Positions 63,271 through 64,000 of a stretch of DNA of 64,000 bases are shown in pieces (position 1 is the first letter of the stretch; every line of letters starts with the position of its first letter). This stretch comes from Octopus vulgaris. Its lineage: Eukaryota. The DNA lies in NCBI GenBank assembly GCA_951406725.2, contig OX597820.1, positions 72,478,001 through 72,542,000 of the forward strand, in the 5' to 3' direction. The position numbers and the translations under genes were made by a program. The notes under the pieces were generated by a model. That model worked only from the letters and a program-made list of their open reading frames with translations. It did no database searches and had not been told where the DNA came from.

Positions 63271-64000
63271 TATTTATACACATTATTATTTACATATACG
63301 TATATGCATATCCATCTATGTGCGTGTATGTATATTTGTGTGTTTGTATATAATTATATGTATATATGTATGCATATATATATACATGTATGTATTTGTA
63401 TATATATATATTTGAGTGTGTATATATACATAATACATACATAAATACTTACATAATACAAACACGGACATACACACACACACACACATATATATATATA
63501 TTATAATGAGTGTATATATATGTGTGTGTGCGTGTGTGTGTGTATTATACTATTGTTCAAAACATATTTTTATGTGTTCTGGTTGGATACACTTGATGTC
63601 ATTTGATTATTCATTATGACAAAATGGCAGTTATGCGAAAAACAGGTTAAATGTTTCTCAAAGACTATCACTAATATTTGAAGAGATTAATGTTAGTCTG
63701 CATAAATAGGTCTCAGTCAGAATTTCCAACCAGAATATTTTAAATTGTTCAGTCAACCAGATTACCTAAGCTCATTGAATAAGTTTGTAAGCGGTTGAAT
63801 ATTCCACAGACATAAGTATGAGTACCTGTAATCAATGTGACACAATGTGACAATGCTCGACCTTTGATTGATACATTTAATCAATCTGATGAGATTGTAC
63901 TCAGTTTCAATCTTATTAATTTTATCCACAGGCCATGAATTGTCCTGAGGCAATAGAAACTGAAACATTCCTACTCAACTATGTATTCCTACCTGACTTT

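Noticed and set aside
63884-63915. CTGATGA-GATTG...CAATC as another hammerhead
   Set aside because: The stem is not followed by GAAA, and no stem I or III can be drawn.

Overview
AT-rich, microsatellite-dense animal genomic DNA made almost entirely of transposable-element debris, probably intronic or intergenic. The repeat repertoire resembles what is described for octopus genomes; this is an inference, not a database match. No host protein-coding gene, rRNA or CRISPR array can be supported, and most ORFs in the supplied track are microsatellite or repeat artefacts. Retroelements: a young, 5'-truncated RTE LINE with an intact 524-aa RT ORF carrying a C4HC3 PHD-type finger (43450-45670) plus many RTE 3' ends; R4/Dong-type, CR1, Tx1/L1 and Penelope (GIY-YIG) fragments; and at least three tRNA-headed SINE families. 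DNA transposons: a Mutator/Phantom-like element with nested insertions, Tc1, mariner, DD37D and pogo remnants, mariner and piggyBac MITEs, and a non-autonomous Helitron. There is also a tRNA-Phe pseudogene. The most interesting signal is a set of short elements, mostly embedded in (TA)n and often fold-back, that carry minimal hammerhead-ribozyme motifs. One of them (28629-28915) joins a tRNA-like Pol III head to a hammerhead-bearing tail and is a candidate Penelope-mobilised SINE or retrozyme.
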